Origin: a virus
Lineage: Duplodnaviria; Caudoviricetes
DNA: 60,648 bases
IMG/VR virus record: IMGVR_UViG_3300022602_000101
Span: 1 to 60,648 of that record
Direction: 5' to 3' (one strand)
Every line of letters starts with the position of its first letter. Positions within the stretch are counted from its first letter, which is position 1. Positions 43,852-53,473 of the stretch are shown here, one piece after another. The position numbers and the translations under genes are program-made. The notes beneath the pieces are model-generated. The model was given only the letters and a program-made list of their open reading frames with translations. It was not told where the DNA came from and made no database searches.

Positions 43852-45561
43852 ATGCCAATACTATCCACCAGAGGTGCAGCAACATACAGAGGCTATGTTA
43901 CACAAAGCTATGGTATTACTTCATCATATCTTGTTGTTGGTGGAGGTGGTGGCGGTGGAGAACATATAGGTGGCGGAGGTGGTGGCGGTGGTCTTGTAAT
44001 TGGCACTGCTACATTAACATTAGGTACAACTTATACGGTAACAGTAGGTGCTGGAGGTACTGGTGCTCCTGGTGGTGGCAATGGTACTGGTTTTGCTACA
44101 AGTGGATCTAATTCAGTGCTAAGCGGAACAGGAATAGCTACTGTCACTGGTTATGGTGGAGCACGAGGTTTAACAACTTACGAGACAACTGCTGTAAATG
44201 GTGGCTCTGGCGGAGGTGGTGGTGGTTTTGGTTCTGGAACTGCTGGTTCTTCTCCAGGTGGAAGTTCAACACAAACAAGTCCTACAGGTGGTACTGGATA
44301 TGGAAATTCAGGCGGTTCAAACGCTATTGGTCCATACAGAGGTGGCGGTGGCGGTGGAGCTGGGGCTGCTGGTGCAAACGGAGGCTCTGGTAGTAACGGT
44401 GGAAACGGTATAGCATCTTCTATAACAGGAACATCAACTTATTACGCGGGAGGTGGTGGTGGAGGTAGTGATACAATAGCAACTTCTCCTTATTCAACTG
44501 GTGGTTTAGGAGGTGGCGGTAATGGTACATATCAATCAGGTGGTTCTGGAGGTAATGGTACAACAAACACAGGTGGTGGAGGAGGCGGTGGGGGAGGTGC
44601 GTATCAGGCAGGTGGAGCAGGCGGTAGCGGTGTTGTTATTATTTCCTTACCTGCTGGTTATGCAGCTACAACCACAGGAACTGTGACAGTAAGTTATAAT
44701 GGTGCTAACACAGTATATACATTTACAGGATCAGGTTCGTTTACACCAACTACATCATTTTCTGCTAGTGGTGGAACTAAAACATCAGGTAATTATTTTA
44801 ACCAATGGACGTTTACTACCAATGGTACTTTTACTGTTACTAGAGCAGGAACTATAAATTACGCAATTATAGGCGGAGGCGGATCGGGCGGAACTCATGT
44901 AGGCGGAGGCGGTGGTGCAGGCGGAGTTATTACAGGAACAATGAGTTTAGGACTAGGTTCTTATGCAATTACAGTAGGATCAGGCGGGGCAGCCGTACAA
45001 GGAACTTCTGGAAGTCCATATGTAGTAGGTAATGCTGGTTCTTCATCGTCTGCTTTAGGATATACTGCTTATGGCGGTGGCGGTGGCGGAGTATTTAATT
45101 TTGCAACTCCTACTGCGGGATCGCCTTTTGGCTCTGGTGGCGGTGCAGGCGGTTATAATTCTGGTGGAAATGTAAATCCTACTAGCGGCACTTCAGGTCA
45201 AGGATACGCAGGCGGAAATACTTCCTCTATAGGATCGGGTGGTGGTGGTGGTGGTGCTTCTCAAGCAGGTGCAAATGCTTCTAGCGGTAATGGTGGTAAT
45301 GGCGTTCAAATTTCTTTACCAGTTGATGGATCTAATAATTATTACGCAGGCGGTGGGGGTGGTGGTTGCGAATTTACGGCTGATACAGGTGGATTAGGTG
45401 GAGGCGGTGCTGGATTTTTTGCTAATAATTATACTTTAACAGGATCAGGTTATCCTGCTACTTTTTATGGATCAGGCGGTGGTGGAGCAGTAGATTCAAC
45501 AGGTACTTATACTTCAGGTGCTGGTTATCAAGGAATAGTTATAATTTGGGCACATCAATAA
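43852..45561 (+). CDS. glycine-rich virion protein
   Basis: Two glycine-rich domains paralogous to those of 40379. Confidence 0.8.
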   Translation: MPILSTRGAATYRGYVTQSYGITSSYLVVGGGGGGGEHIGGGGGGGGLVIGTATLTLGTTYTVTVGAGGTGAPGGGNGTGFATSGSNSVLSGTGIATVTGYGGARGLTTYETTAVNGGSGGGGGGFGSGTAGSSPGGSSTQTSPTGGTGYGNSGGSNAIGPYRGGGGGGAGAAGANGGSGSNGGNGIASSITGTSTYYAGGGGGGSDTIATSPYSTGGLGGGGNGTYQSGGSGGNGTTNTGGGGGGGGGAYQAGGAGGSGVVIISLPAGYAATTTGTVTVSYNGANTVYTFTGSGSFTPTTSFSASGGTKTSGNYFNQWTFTTNGTFTVTRAGTINYAIIGGGGSGGTHVGGGGGAGGVITGTMSLGLGSYAITVGSGGAAVQGTSGSPYVVGNAGSSSSALGYTAYGGGGGGVFNFATPTAGSPFGSGGGAGGYNSGGNVNPTSGTSGQGYAGGNTSSIGSGGGGGGASQAGANASSGNGGNGVQISLPVDGSNNYYAGGGGGGCEFTADTGGLGGGGAGFFANNYTLTGSGYPATFYGSGGGGAVDSTGTYTSGAGYQGIVIIWAHQ

Positions 45562-45562
45562 C

Positions 45563-45820
45563 ATGAAAAAACTATTATTCTTTATCCCTTTAATAGCTTT
45601 TGGTGCAGCTACACAGGCTCCGTCTAATTACGAGCTATTAGATACTCAAGGCAACGTGCTAGAGATATTTGTAGCTACGCCAGAAGTGGCAGCTACCTAT
45701 CCAGCGTGTGTAAAAGAAATCTATCCTACGGCTGTAAGTTGCGTACTTTATGTTGCACCTACTCAGCCAACGCTGGACGTTACGCCTTCTGTAAATACAA
45801 CAATTTCCATTACATTCTAA
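45563..45820 (+). CDS. small protein with signal-peptide-like N-terminus
   Basis: MKKLLFFIPLIAFGAA. Confidence 0.55.
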   Translation: MKKLLFFIPLIAFGAATQAPSNYELLDTQGNVLEIFVATPEVAATYPACVKEIYPTAVSCVLYVAPTQPTLDVTPSVNTTISITF

Positions 45821-45854
45821 GCATTGCTTGCCATAACTAAACGCATCATTTAAT

Positions 45855-46004
45855 ATGTCATTTATGATCATCGCAATTATACTCACAGTTGTCACAGTTT
45901 TCATTATTGGTGTGCTTGTTGCACTCAAGAATGGCAAGAAAATCACTGACACAGCAACAGCTGTTAAAACAGCTGCTAATGACATCACTAATACAGTAAA
46001 GTAA
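45855..46004 (+). CDS. small single-pass membrane protein (not in the ORF track)
   Basis: MSFMIIAIILTVVTVFIIGVLVALKNGKK...; TTGCCA-N17-TAATAT-N7-ATG suggests a start at 45864. Confidence 0.55.
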   Translation: MSFMIIAIILTVVTVFIIGVLVALKNGKKITDTATAVKTAANDITNTVK

Positions 46005-46008
46005 GCCT

Positions 46009-46512
46009 ATGGATATCACTGGTATACTTGCCTCAGCATTGACAGGTGGTACTGGTGGTATCATTGGTGTGGTCGGCAATGTTGCTAGCACCTTCATGGC
46101 GCTGAAGCAACAGCAACAGGAGCATGATTTTCAATTGAAGATGATGCCCCTGCAAATGGCTGCAAAGCAAGCTGAAGCAGCTGCTGCTATTGAACAAACC
46201 AAGGCTGAAGTAGCAAAAGTGGTTGAGCAAGGTGCTGCGGATGCCTTTACTGCCTCACAGAAAGCTGATGAAGCTACTGGTAAAGAGGATTCATGGGTAC
46301 TTGATGTTAAGGCATTAGTGCGACCAACCTGCTTGTTCCTGCTTGGTTGTGGCACTATTGCTTTCTATTTATCTGACAGTGCAACAACTGACATGCGTCA
46401 GTACATTGTGCAGAATATCGTTTGTGATTTTTCCATGGCGATCTCGTGGTACTTCGGTGCACGTGCGTCAGCTAACATTATGAATGGATTCAAATCGAAA
46501 GCAGGAACATGA
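46009..46512 (+). CDS. holin-like membrane protein
   Basis: N-terminal hydrophobic helix, coiled coil, WV...LVRP and two TM segments ending WYFGAR. Confidence 0.7.
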   Translation: MDITGILASALTGGTGGIIGVVGNVASTFMALKQQQQEHDFQLKMMPLQMAAKQAEAAAAIEQTKAEVAKVVEQGAADAFTASQKADEATGKEDSWVLDVKALVRPTCLFLLGCGTIAFYLSDSATTDMRQYIVQNIVCDFSMAISWYFGARASANIMNGFKSKAGT

Positions 46513-46724
46513 CCTACGACCCCAATTCAGACAACGCAATGTTTGCACGTATCCTAACTGAGTTAAAGGATATCAGATGTGACATTGGTGAAATTAAGAC
46601 ACAAGTTTACAAGACAAATGGTCGTGTCACAAAATTGGAACATGATAAATGGATGCAACGTGGCATTGTGCTAACAATATCAGTGCTAGCATCAATACTG
46701 TGGCATGTATTTTTTTATAAATAA
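46509..46724 (+). CDS. small coiled-coil membrane protein (lysis-associated)
   Basis: TNGRVTKLE plus a C-terminal TM helix. Confidence 0.6.
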   Translation: MTYDPNSDNAMFARILTELKDIRCDIGEIKTQVYKTNGRVTKLEHDKWMQRGIVLTISVLASILWHVFFYK

Positions 46725-46762
46725 GGCTAGACAATCGTAATGATTCTGTTAATACGATCTTC

Positions 46763-47572
46763 ATGGTAACAAAATCCCTGAAGCCAATTAAGAAGATTAG
46801 AAGGCTATTCTGGGATATTGAAACGTCTCCAAACGTAGTACTTTCATGGCGTATTGGTTATAAAATCAATATTGATCATGATAATATATTAAAGGAACGT
46901 GCGATCATTTGTATCGGTTACAAATGGGAAGGTGAGAAAGATGCCCACTGCTTACGCTGGGACAAGAATCAAGATGATACACATATGTTGGCTAGCTTCA
47001 TGGAAATCGCCAACACAGCTGATGAGCTAGTGGCACATAATGGTGATAAGTTTGACCTACCATGGATCAGAACTCGTTGTATCAAGCACAAGATACCCAC
47101 GTATCCCACATATAAGACAATTGATACACTGCAGCTAGCCAGACGTCACTTTAACTTTAATAGCAACAGACTGGATTATTTGGCCAAGTTCCTAGACATT
47201 GGCGCCAAGATACATACCACATATGGTTTGTGGAAGAGCATCATACTTGAGAAGGACAAAGATGCACTTGATGAGATGGTCAAGTACTGTAAGTATGATG
47301 TAGTGCTACTTGAAAAGGTATACAACCGCATTGCTGAACATGTGACTCATAAGACCCATGCTGGTGCTGTTGCTGGTCGTGACAGATGGTCATGTGCCAA
47401 GTGTGCTAGTGAAGAGGTGCATTGCAGTTTAACACGTTTAACAGCAGCTGGTAACAAGGTGCATCAAATGAAGTGTAACAAGTGTGGTGGGCTTTACAGC
47501 ATTAGCCACAAACTATTTATGGATTATCAGGAAGCAATGTTTGACAAGAAGAACAAGCCTCTGATAAAGTAA
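46763..47572 (+). CDS. DnaQ/RNase H-like 3'-5' exonuclease with C-terminal Zn ribbon
   Basis: WDIET, AHNGDKFD, YCKYDV (Exo I-III); CAKC...CNKC. Confidence 0.85.
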   Translation: MVTKSLKPIKKIRRLFWDIETSPNVVLSWRIGYKINIDHDNILKERAIICIGYKWEGEKDAHCLRWDKNQDDTHMLASFMEIANTADELVAHNGDKFDLPWIRTRCIKHKIPTYPTYKTIDTLQLARRHFNFNSNRLDYLAKFLDIGAKIHTTYGLWKSIILEKDKDALDEMVKYCKYDVVLLEKVYNRIAEHVTHKTHAGAVAGRDRWSCAKCASEEVHCSLTRLTAAGNKVHQMKCNKCGGLYSISHKLFMDYQEAMFDKKNKPLIK

Positions 47573-47603
47573 AAAACTCTCACCCGTTCAAAGTAAGAGT
47601 TTT
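47571..47603 (-). terminator. intrinsic (possibly bidirectional) terminator
   Basis: Minus strand AAAACTCTTAC-loop-GTGAGAGTTTT-TT between convergent operons. Confidence 0.6.
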
Positions 47604-47711
47604 ATGTTAGAGTGTCTCCCATAATTTGGCCAAACTATGAGTTAATACTGCACCAATAGTACAGTTTTGCTCTACGCTGGACCACATTATGGCAGACTTT
47701 ATTATAATGTG

Positions 47712-48194
47712 TCAAGCACATTTAATTTGTGCAAAATGGTGTGCAATGAGTAGCCCATCAGCATCACCATGTGCCTTAATGCTAGCAGTAAACTTGGGGT
47801 ACATCTGACACCCACGTAGCATGCTGGCTTTCTTTAGCTCACTAGACCCCTTTATTTGGCCAAGGACGGGCACTTGCCATGTTTTGCTATCAACTACCTC
47901 ATAACCAATCCTAAGCAGTTCTAGGGCTATTAAAACGGCTTCAAATGACCTTTGTGCTGGCAATACTGCATTAAGGAACTGACCAGTAAATGGTCGCTCC
48001 ACATAAGCAAAGATGTCCTTCTCCTTGTTATGTGCCAATATATCCATGAACTTGGGTACATCGATACGTTTGATGTGCTTACCAGCTTTGCCGAGTAAGC
48101 TATCCTTGATTGGCATCTCATCAAATACGACCCCATTAGGGCCAATGATGGCGAAGCTACCTGATGTTCCATTGTCTATTCCAATTATTGTCAT
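47712..48194 (-). CDS. RuvC-like Holliday junction resolvase
   Basis: IIGIDNG, AYVERP, KTWQ, DADGLLIA. Confidence 0.8.
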   Translation of the reverse strand: MTIIGIDNGTSGSFAIIGPNGVVFDEMPIKDSLLGKAGKHIKRIDVPKFMDILAHNKEKDIFAYVERPFTGQFLNAVLPAQRSFEAVLIALELLRIGYEVVDSKTWQVPVLGQIKGSSELKKASMLRGCQMYPKFTASIKAHGDADGLLIAHHFAQIKCA

Positions 48195-48397
48195 TTGTCG
48201 CCTTTTTTGAGGAATGTCTCACATTCAGGACATTCCCATGCTTTAATACGTTTAGCCTTTGGATCATACAACCCATTGAGTCGTGAGAAGTGGGTCGCAT
48301 TACCATATTCATGTTTCATGTCATCTGGTATCAGGTTGCCAATTAAATTGGCACCGCATTGTGGGCAATTAGTTTTATCTAATACTGCTATTTTCAT
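48191..48397 (-). CDS. small zinc-ribbon protein
   Basis: CPQC...WECPEC. Confidence 0.65.
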   Translation of the reverse strand: MKIAVLDKTNCPQCGANLIGNLIPDDMKHEYGNATHFSRLNGLYDPKAKRIKAWECPECETFLKKGDK

Positions 48398-48593
48398 TTT
48401 TAGTAATATCAAAAGTTAGGTTACTATGCATTCTAATTTGATCTGAGCAATAATGTCTGATAATGCCACCATTACATAAAGCGACACACCAAATATCATT
48501 TTCAAATGTAGAACCATCACGCACATAAATTGCATAACCATCACCATGCTCTTTAGTCACAACTGGAATTGGATTCTTGAATTCATGTATCAT
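48375..48593 (-). CDS. hypothetical phage protein
   Basis: MIHEFKNPIPVVT...GYAIYV...ENDIW; ATGA-coupled. Confidence 0.65.
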   Translation of the reverse strand: MIHEFKNPIPVVTKEHGDGYAIYVRDGSTFENDIWCVALCNGGIIRHYCSDQIRMHSNLTFDITKNENSSIR

Positions 48594-48976
48594 GGTATTC
48601 TGTAGTAATGCATTACTCTGTATGCGTATAGTTCATTTAATGTGGTATATCTGGTCGCATAAGGTCCAGCATTCCACGCTAGTGCAAGATTGTGTGGTGT
48701 GACTTCAATGCGCCTATGCACCAGTATGCGCTCATAATCACGTAGTATGGTTAATGCAACAGTGCGTTGTTGCGTGTAACTGCTAATGGGTATGTTGATA
48801 TTGCTATACTGATACCAAGTGCTTGGCTTGATCTGCCAGTCACTGAACTCACCATGCTTACCAATCTTACCATGTGATCTTTCAGCATAAGCAATCGCAT
48901 CAAGCATTAGTTGCTCATTGATGTGGGCTTTCGCTATGGTTAATAGTAGCATTGATATTGTTATTAATCTCTTCAT
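48590..48976 (-). CDS. lytic transglycosylase/lysozyme-like protein with signal peptide
   Basis: DAIAYAE (catalytic Glu), WQIKPSTW, LAWNAGP, YAYRV; hydrophobic N-terminus. Confidence 0.7.
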   Translation of the reverse strand: MKRLITISMLLLTIAKAHINEQLMLDAIAYAERSHGKIGKHGEFSDWQIKPSTWYQYSNINIPISSYTQQRTVALTILRDYERILVHRRIEVTPHNLALAWNAGPYATRYTTLNELYAYRVMHYYRIP

Positions 48977-49250
48977 GATATTTGTTAACGACTAAGTTAC
49001 CTAAGTGAACTAATACTGTGTTGATATGTTTGCATCGTGTTGTGTTAGCGAAACCATAGTTAACAATGCGTTTACCATTGTTGCGGAAACAAATTAGCTT
49101 CTTGTACTTGAAGTCACCACAAGAGCATTCTCCGTTTCCATTGTTCTCATTCATGTCAACCAAGTGAGGATAATCCCCACTTGATTGCACCCAAAAACGC
49201 ATTGCTTCACCAATAATTGGTTCAACTTGTTTGATGTTTATAGTACACAT
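48915..49250 (-). CDS. SWIM zinc-finger protein
   Basis: CSCGDF...RCKHI; start uncertain. Confidence 0.7.
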   Translation of the reverse strand: MCTINIKQVEPIIGEAMRFWVQSSGDYPHLVDMNENNGNGECSCGDFKYKKLICFRNNGKRIVNYGFANTTRCKHINTVLVHLGNLVVNKYHEEINNNINATINHSESPHQ

Positions 49251-51051
49251 AACGGTAGTATTGTGTTGGCCAGAATTGCCAGCTATGTTTGTCAAAGAAT
49301 AGTGGTAAGTCCTTATCCTCACCCTCACCAAAGCGTTGCTTGTCCAGTCGCATGCGACCATCGTACCATCTTTCAAGTTCTGCTATCTTCAGTGGATCCT
49401 TTGCTTCAGTTGCTTCATCAATCTTACGTTGCTTGAGCTTATTGCGCCAAACAACCACAACATTGAATGCAGCATTGTTGATGTCTTGTGATCCACTGAT
49501 GTCAGTCTTTGTTGGTACCTTGTCTTCATTCTCACTCTTACGTGAGTGCGCAACAAGGATCACATGAGCACCAGTGTCATTACAGAAAGCAGTTAACTCA
49601 TCCATGAAACCACGTTGACCATTGTAATCCTCACCTGATACACCGCACTTAAACAGTGAATCAATAACAAAGACATCAATACCAAAGCGCTTGCGTGCAT
49701 ATGTCATGGCACTAAGCAGATTGGCTTTTTGTGCCACACCAACATGATCATAGAACCACAAACTGTTATTGAGCCAATTAAGGCAACCATCAAGCTCATC
49801 CTTTGTATCAGGACGCTTCTTGGCTAATGCACTACGTGTCATCATTTGTAATGTTTTGGCTGGTTTGATTTCAAGTGAGGCATCAAATACCTTAGCACCA
49901 AGACTCACTAAATGAATCAGTAGGTGGTTCAATAATTGTGTCTTACCATGACCAGAATAGCCTGATACAACTGTGAACTCACTTGGACGTATGCGTAGTG
50001 GGAACTCATTCCATGGCATTGGATAACCTGCTTCACCATGTTTTGCATCATACAAGTCCCATACGGCATCATTGAAGCTCATTGCAGTCTTGATCTCTTC
50101 AAGATCAATCTGTGTTGATTCATCAAGTGCTTTCAGGAATGACTCACGATTCATGTTTTGTTGTAAGCATTCATTGGCATCCTTATATGGTAAGGTGACA
50201 ATATAGCTACGATGTAAACCAAGTCTGCGTGCAATCTTTTCGGCTGATTCACGACCAACGCCGTCCATATCAGTTGATATGTAAATGCGTTCAAAGCGTT
50301 CAAGCCATTCCCAATCAAGCTCGATCCACTCTTGGTCGGCAACACCATTAGGCACACTGACGGCAGCTATGCCAACAGTCTGATATGACATGGCATCAAT
50401 CTCACCTTCAGTGACAACAAGTGTGTTGTCATTGTCAGTCACAGTTTTCTTACCAAATAAACAACGCTTTGTGTCCTTTGATGCCCACATCTTTTTCTTA
50501 CCATCAACACCACGTGCAATTTCAAGATACTTCATGTGAACTGCTTTATCATTACCAATATCGAAGTATGGGAATGCAATTGCAGTATCACCATTGATAC
50601 CTGATATGAAATTCTTTGTAACAATCTCTTCAGTTAACTTACGTTCATTAACCAAATAATTCATTACATTGGTTTGTTGTGTTGCTAGTTTAACATTAAG
50701 ACCTGTCTTGTCAGGCATTGCATAAACTTTGGGTTTATACTTCTTAACTGATGCATGATCATCCTTGATGCCAAGCCATTCCTTGGCCTGCTTTGTGGCT
50801 TCTACATAGGTTATATTGCGAGCTTTCGCCCATAACCATAATGCAGTACCACCTTTGTCTGATTCATTAGCACGATCAATGAAACAGCCCACTCTTGGTC
50901 CAGTAACATAAATATGAAAGCTGTCTCCAGCCTCACCATTGATATTACCAAGATGTGCAATATGACCCTTAACCTTTGCGTTAGGGTACAACATGGCAAC
51001 AACATCCCCCATGCGCTGCTTGAGCACATTGTTCAATTCTGCCGTATCCAT
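49222..51051 (-). CDS. primase-helicase (T7 gp4/Twinkle-like)
   Basis: TOPRIM VTEGEIDAMS, SVPNG, DMDGVG, KDANE; SF4 helicase SGYSGHGKT, VIDSL, LVAHSRK, KQRFG. Confidence 0.93.
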   Translation of the reverse strand: MDTAELNNVLKQRMGDVVAMLYPNAKVKGHIAHLGNINGEAGDSFHIYVTGPRVGCFIDRANESDKGGTALWLWAKARNITYVEATKQAKEWLGIKDDHASVKKYKPKVYAMPDKTGLNVKLATQQTNVMNYLVNERKLTEEIVTKNFISGINGDTAIAFPYFDIGNDKAVHMKYLEIARGVDGKKKMWASKDTKRCLFGKKTVTDNDNTLVVTEGEIDAMSYQTVGIAAVSVPNGVADQEWIELDWEWLERFERIYISTDMDGVGRESAEKIARRLGLHRSYIVTLPYKDANECLQQNMNRESFLKALDESTQIDLEEIKTAMSFNDAVWDLYDAKHGEAGYPMPWNEFPLRIRPSEFTVVSGYSGHGKTQLLNHLLIHLVSLGAKVFDASLEIKPAKTLQMMTRSALAKKRPDTKDELDGCLNWLNNSLWFYDHVGVAQKANLLSAMTYARKRFGIDVFVIDSLFKCGVSGEDYNGQRGFMDELTAFCNDTGAHVILVAHSRKSENEDKVPTKTDISGSQDINNAAFNVVVVWRNKLKQRKIDEATEAKDPLKIAELERWYDGRMRLDKQRFGEGEDKDLPLFFDKHSWQFWPTQYYRYVYYKHQTS

Positions 51052-51055
51052 AAGA

Positions 51056-51901
51056 CTATCCTTTCTTTTTAGTTTTTACAGGTTTGTCTGCAGTTTTACT
51101 ATCTCGTACTGCATGGTATTTGTTTCTCTCAACTTTCCAAACCTTATCATTCATTGGCCAATACTTTTTTGTGCTGAACCATAAGTAAGAGATACATAAG
51201 AATTCCTTGTATGCTTGTTCTTGTTCCTCAACAGTGTAAACTTTCCACTGTGGCATCATTGGTTGTTCACTATTGATACCACAATTGATAATGCGTGGTG
51301 GTTTTTTTAATCCAAACTGCTTTTGATAACACTTAGCATAGAAAGCTAACTGTATCTTGTATGAATCCCAGAATGATGCTTTACCATTACGGAACTTGCT
51401 TGTCTTGTAATCAATGATGGCAAGACCATGTTCCTTTGTGACTGCAACAAGATCAGTGCGACCAGCAACGCCAACATCTTGATCGGCAAGCATAATCTCA
51501 CTGCTGACACGTTCTGAGACCATATCATGATACGCTGGAGCAAATGCTTCAATGTATAGTGCTAGGTCTTGGTCAATTGTCATCTGTGGGAATATGTCTA
51601 ATGCATCATGTAGGCGTGTGCCAAAGTCAGCTGCATCAGTACCCTTCTTGCTAGCAAGATCACTAATAAACTTCTTGTAGTTTTCAAGATCATCACCCTT
51701 GTATGGATGAGCAACCATGGCTTGAAACAATTGATCTTGTTTCCAAGTATCAAGTGCGCCATTAGCACGTTCCTTCAACACTGTTGTTATTGAAGGATAT
51801 GCGTTAACTTCACGTGCTGACCTGAGATCCAGATCATGCGCTGAAGCAATAGTGCCATCGGTCACAGTGTACCAATGGCCTGATTGTGCAAAGAATGACA
51901 T
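51056..51901 (-). CDS. PD-(D/E)XK exonuclease
   Basis: PSITTVL, GTRLH, AGRTDL, IIDYKT, QLAFY. Confidence 0.85.
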   Translation of the reverse strand: MSFFAQSGHWYTVTDGTIASAHDLDLRSAREVNAYPSITTVLKERANGALDTWKQDQLFQAMVAHPYKGDDLENYKKFISDLASKKGTDAADFGTRLHDALDIFPQMTIDQDLALYIEAFAPAYHDMVSERVSSEIMLADQDVGVAGRTDLVAVTKEHGLAIIDYKTSKFRNGKASFWDSYKIQLAFYAKCYQKQFGLKKPPRIINCGINSEQPMMPQWKVYTVEEQEQAYKEFLCISYLWFSTKKYWPMNDKVWKVERNKYHAVRDSKTADKPVKTKKKG

Positions 51902-51902
51902 C

Positions 51903-52556
51903 TTAGAATGGATCTTCTTCAGATTGTACTGGTACGACAACCTGTTTCAAATCTGTTGGCTTAACTTGCACTGATGGCAAATGGTTCTGTAAACCTTTTC
52001 GTTGTGCATCAATGTTCATATTCATTGCAAGATTTTCATAAAATTGTGCACTGAATGATCCATTCATTGATTTCACAAGTTGTGCTTTTTCCATACACAG
52101 TAGTGCAAGTGCAGCAATCTTGCCCAATTCTTCTTGCACATTAATTGGTGACACTGATGTTTGCACTGTTACATTGTTACGTGCAGTGGTCACAGTTTGT
52201 GTTGGCTTTGGCATGTGAACACCAGCAACACCAGCAGGATTACCTGAACCACCAGCTGATGATACAATGCTTAACTTTGCACCTTTGTTGATGGCAACTT
52301 GTGCTACATTTTTGAATTCTTTGCGCTTTAATGATCCATAAAAACTAACGATCATACCTTCATAACGTTGTAGATCAATTTCCCATGTTGTACCTTGTAT
52401 GGTTGATGAATGATCTTGTGGATCAACTAAATTACATTTAGCAGAATTTTTACCATCTGCTGGTGTAACATCTGTTACAAGTGCTTGGAATGTACCATTC
52501 ACCCATGCATCTAATGGTAATTGTTTGATTTCTGCGATTGTTGTTGTTTTAGACAT
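51903..52556 (-). CDS. OB-fold single-stranded DNA-binding protein
   Basis: Beta-rich OB-like N-terminus, Gly-rich linker, acidic-aromatic tail EEDPF. Confidence 0.65.
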   Translation of the reverse strand: MSKTTTIAEIKQLPLDAWVNGTFQALVTDVTPADGKNSAKCNLVDPQDHSSTIQGTTWEIDLQRYEGMIVSFYGSLKRKEFKNVAQVAINKGAKLSIVSSAGGSGNPAGVAGVHMPKPTQTVTTARNNVTVQTSVSPINVQEELGKIAALALLCMEKAQLVKSMNGSFSAQFYENLAMNMNIDAQRKGLQNHLPSVQVKPTDLKQVVVPVQSEEDPF

Positions 52557-52561
52557 AATGT

Positions 52562-52744
52562 TTATAATTTAATTTTGTTTTCTTTAAGTTTATTTACCAT
52601 TTGATCAATAACATAACCTGTGCGTTTGTAGCTTTCAGGTACATGTTTCTCTATGTATTCAAGTGTTACTGGATCAACAGAACACGAGAGGATCTTTCTT
52701 AATCCTTTGCCCAAACGTGGGCGTCCTAATTTAGTTTTTAGCAT
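52562..52744 (-). CDS. small ribbon-helix-helix-like regulator with GRP (AT-hook-like) motif
   Basis: LGRPRLG...LSCSVDPVTLEYIE...GYVIDQMV. Confidence 0.55.
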   Translation of the reverse strand: MLKTKLGRPRLGKGLRKILSCSVDPVTLEYIEKHVPESYKRTGYVIDQMVNKLKENKIKL

Positions 52745-52746
52745 AT

Positions 52747-52950
52747 TTATTGTAAGGTTGAAATTATTGTACAGCGTGTTGTTGGCTTGTTTGTTACTCT
52801 CATGAATCGTTTGACAGCATGTTCTTCACTATGTGATTCGATCCACAATGATCCACCACATTTGACATATGCTGGTGGTTTTGATGGTTGTCCCTTTTCT
52901 GTCCATGGAACAACCATTTCATGTACATACCATTCAATTTGATATCTCAT
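52747..52950 (-). CDS. hypothetical protein
   Basis: Tightly packed in the replication operon. Confidence 0.55.
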   Translation of the reverse strand: MRYQIEWYVHEMVVPWTEKGQPSKPPAYVKCGGSLWIESHSEEHAVKRFMRVTNKPTTRCTIISTLQ

Positions 52951-53216
52951 TATTGTGATGAATTCACATCATGATCTATCACTGCTGAATTTGGGTTATC
53001 AAGGAATTCACGTATTGCCTTGGTTGCTACACCAGCAAGGATGACATGCGGTTGCATGTTAGCTGGATTAAGGTTCTCATAGTTCAGTTCAGGAACAAAC
53101 TTCACATCACTGATTATGGAACCCGTTGGTGACTCAGGTGTTGGTTTTAGCAGTGCAATTCGTATTGTTGCCTTGCCAACCAACATTGGGTTCTTTGGGT
53201 GGAATTGATCTTTCAT
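52950..53216 (-). CDS. hypothetical protein
   Basis: First gene of the leftward operon; TTGACC promoter upstream. Confidence 0.6.
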   Translation of the reverse strand: MKDQFHPKNPMLVGKATIRIALLKPTPESPTGSIISDVKFVPELNYENLNPANMQPHVILAGVATKAIREFLDNPNSAVIDHDVNSSQ

Positions 53217-53224
53217 CGCAAGCA

Positions 53225-53302
53225 GGAATGCACTTTGTTACAAGAAGGTCAATATATATTTTATAAAAAAGTATTGCATTCTTATAATTTAATTCATTTG
53301 AT
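53225..53302. promoter_or_regulatory. divergent promoter pair with TTATAATTTA box
   Basis: Minus strand TTGACC near 53247-53252; plus strand TTGCAT at 53274 followed by TTATAATTTAA at 53282-53292. Confidence 0.55.
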
Positions 53303-53311
53303 GCAGGAACT

Positions 53312-53473
53312 ATGAGTGAAATAACAAAAATGTCCGAACAAGAATTAAACAAACTGTTAGCTGAAATATATGATGAGTTACCTGAGAATCCATATACTGA
53401 AGCTGAACTTGATGAATTAGAAAGATTACAACATTTACAAAACAACAGATTTCGTTTACCCCATGAAATATGA
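53312..53473 (+). CDS. small acidic protein (not in the ORF track)
   Basis: MSEITKMSEQELNKLLAEIYDELPENPY..., 53 aa, ATGA-coupled to the next gene. Confidence 0.6.
   Translation: MSEITKMSEQELNKLLAEIYDELPENPYTEAELDELERLQHLQNNRFRLPHEI

Noticed and set aside
53134-53445. 103-aa minus-strand ORF
   Set aside because: It spans the divergent promoter; two coupled plus-strand small genes explain the region better
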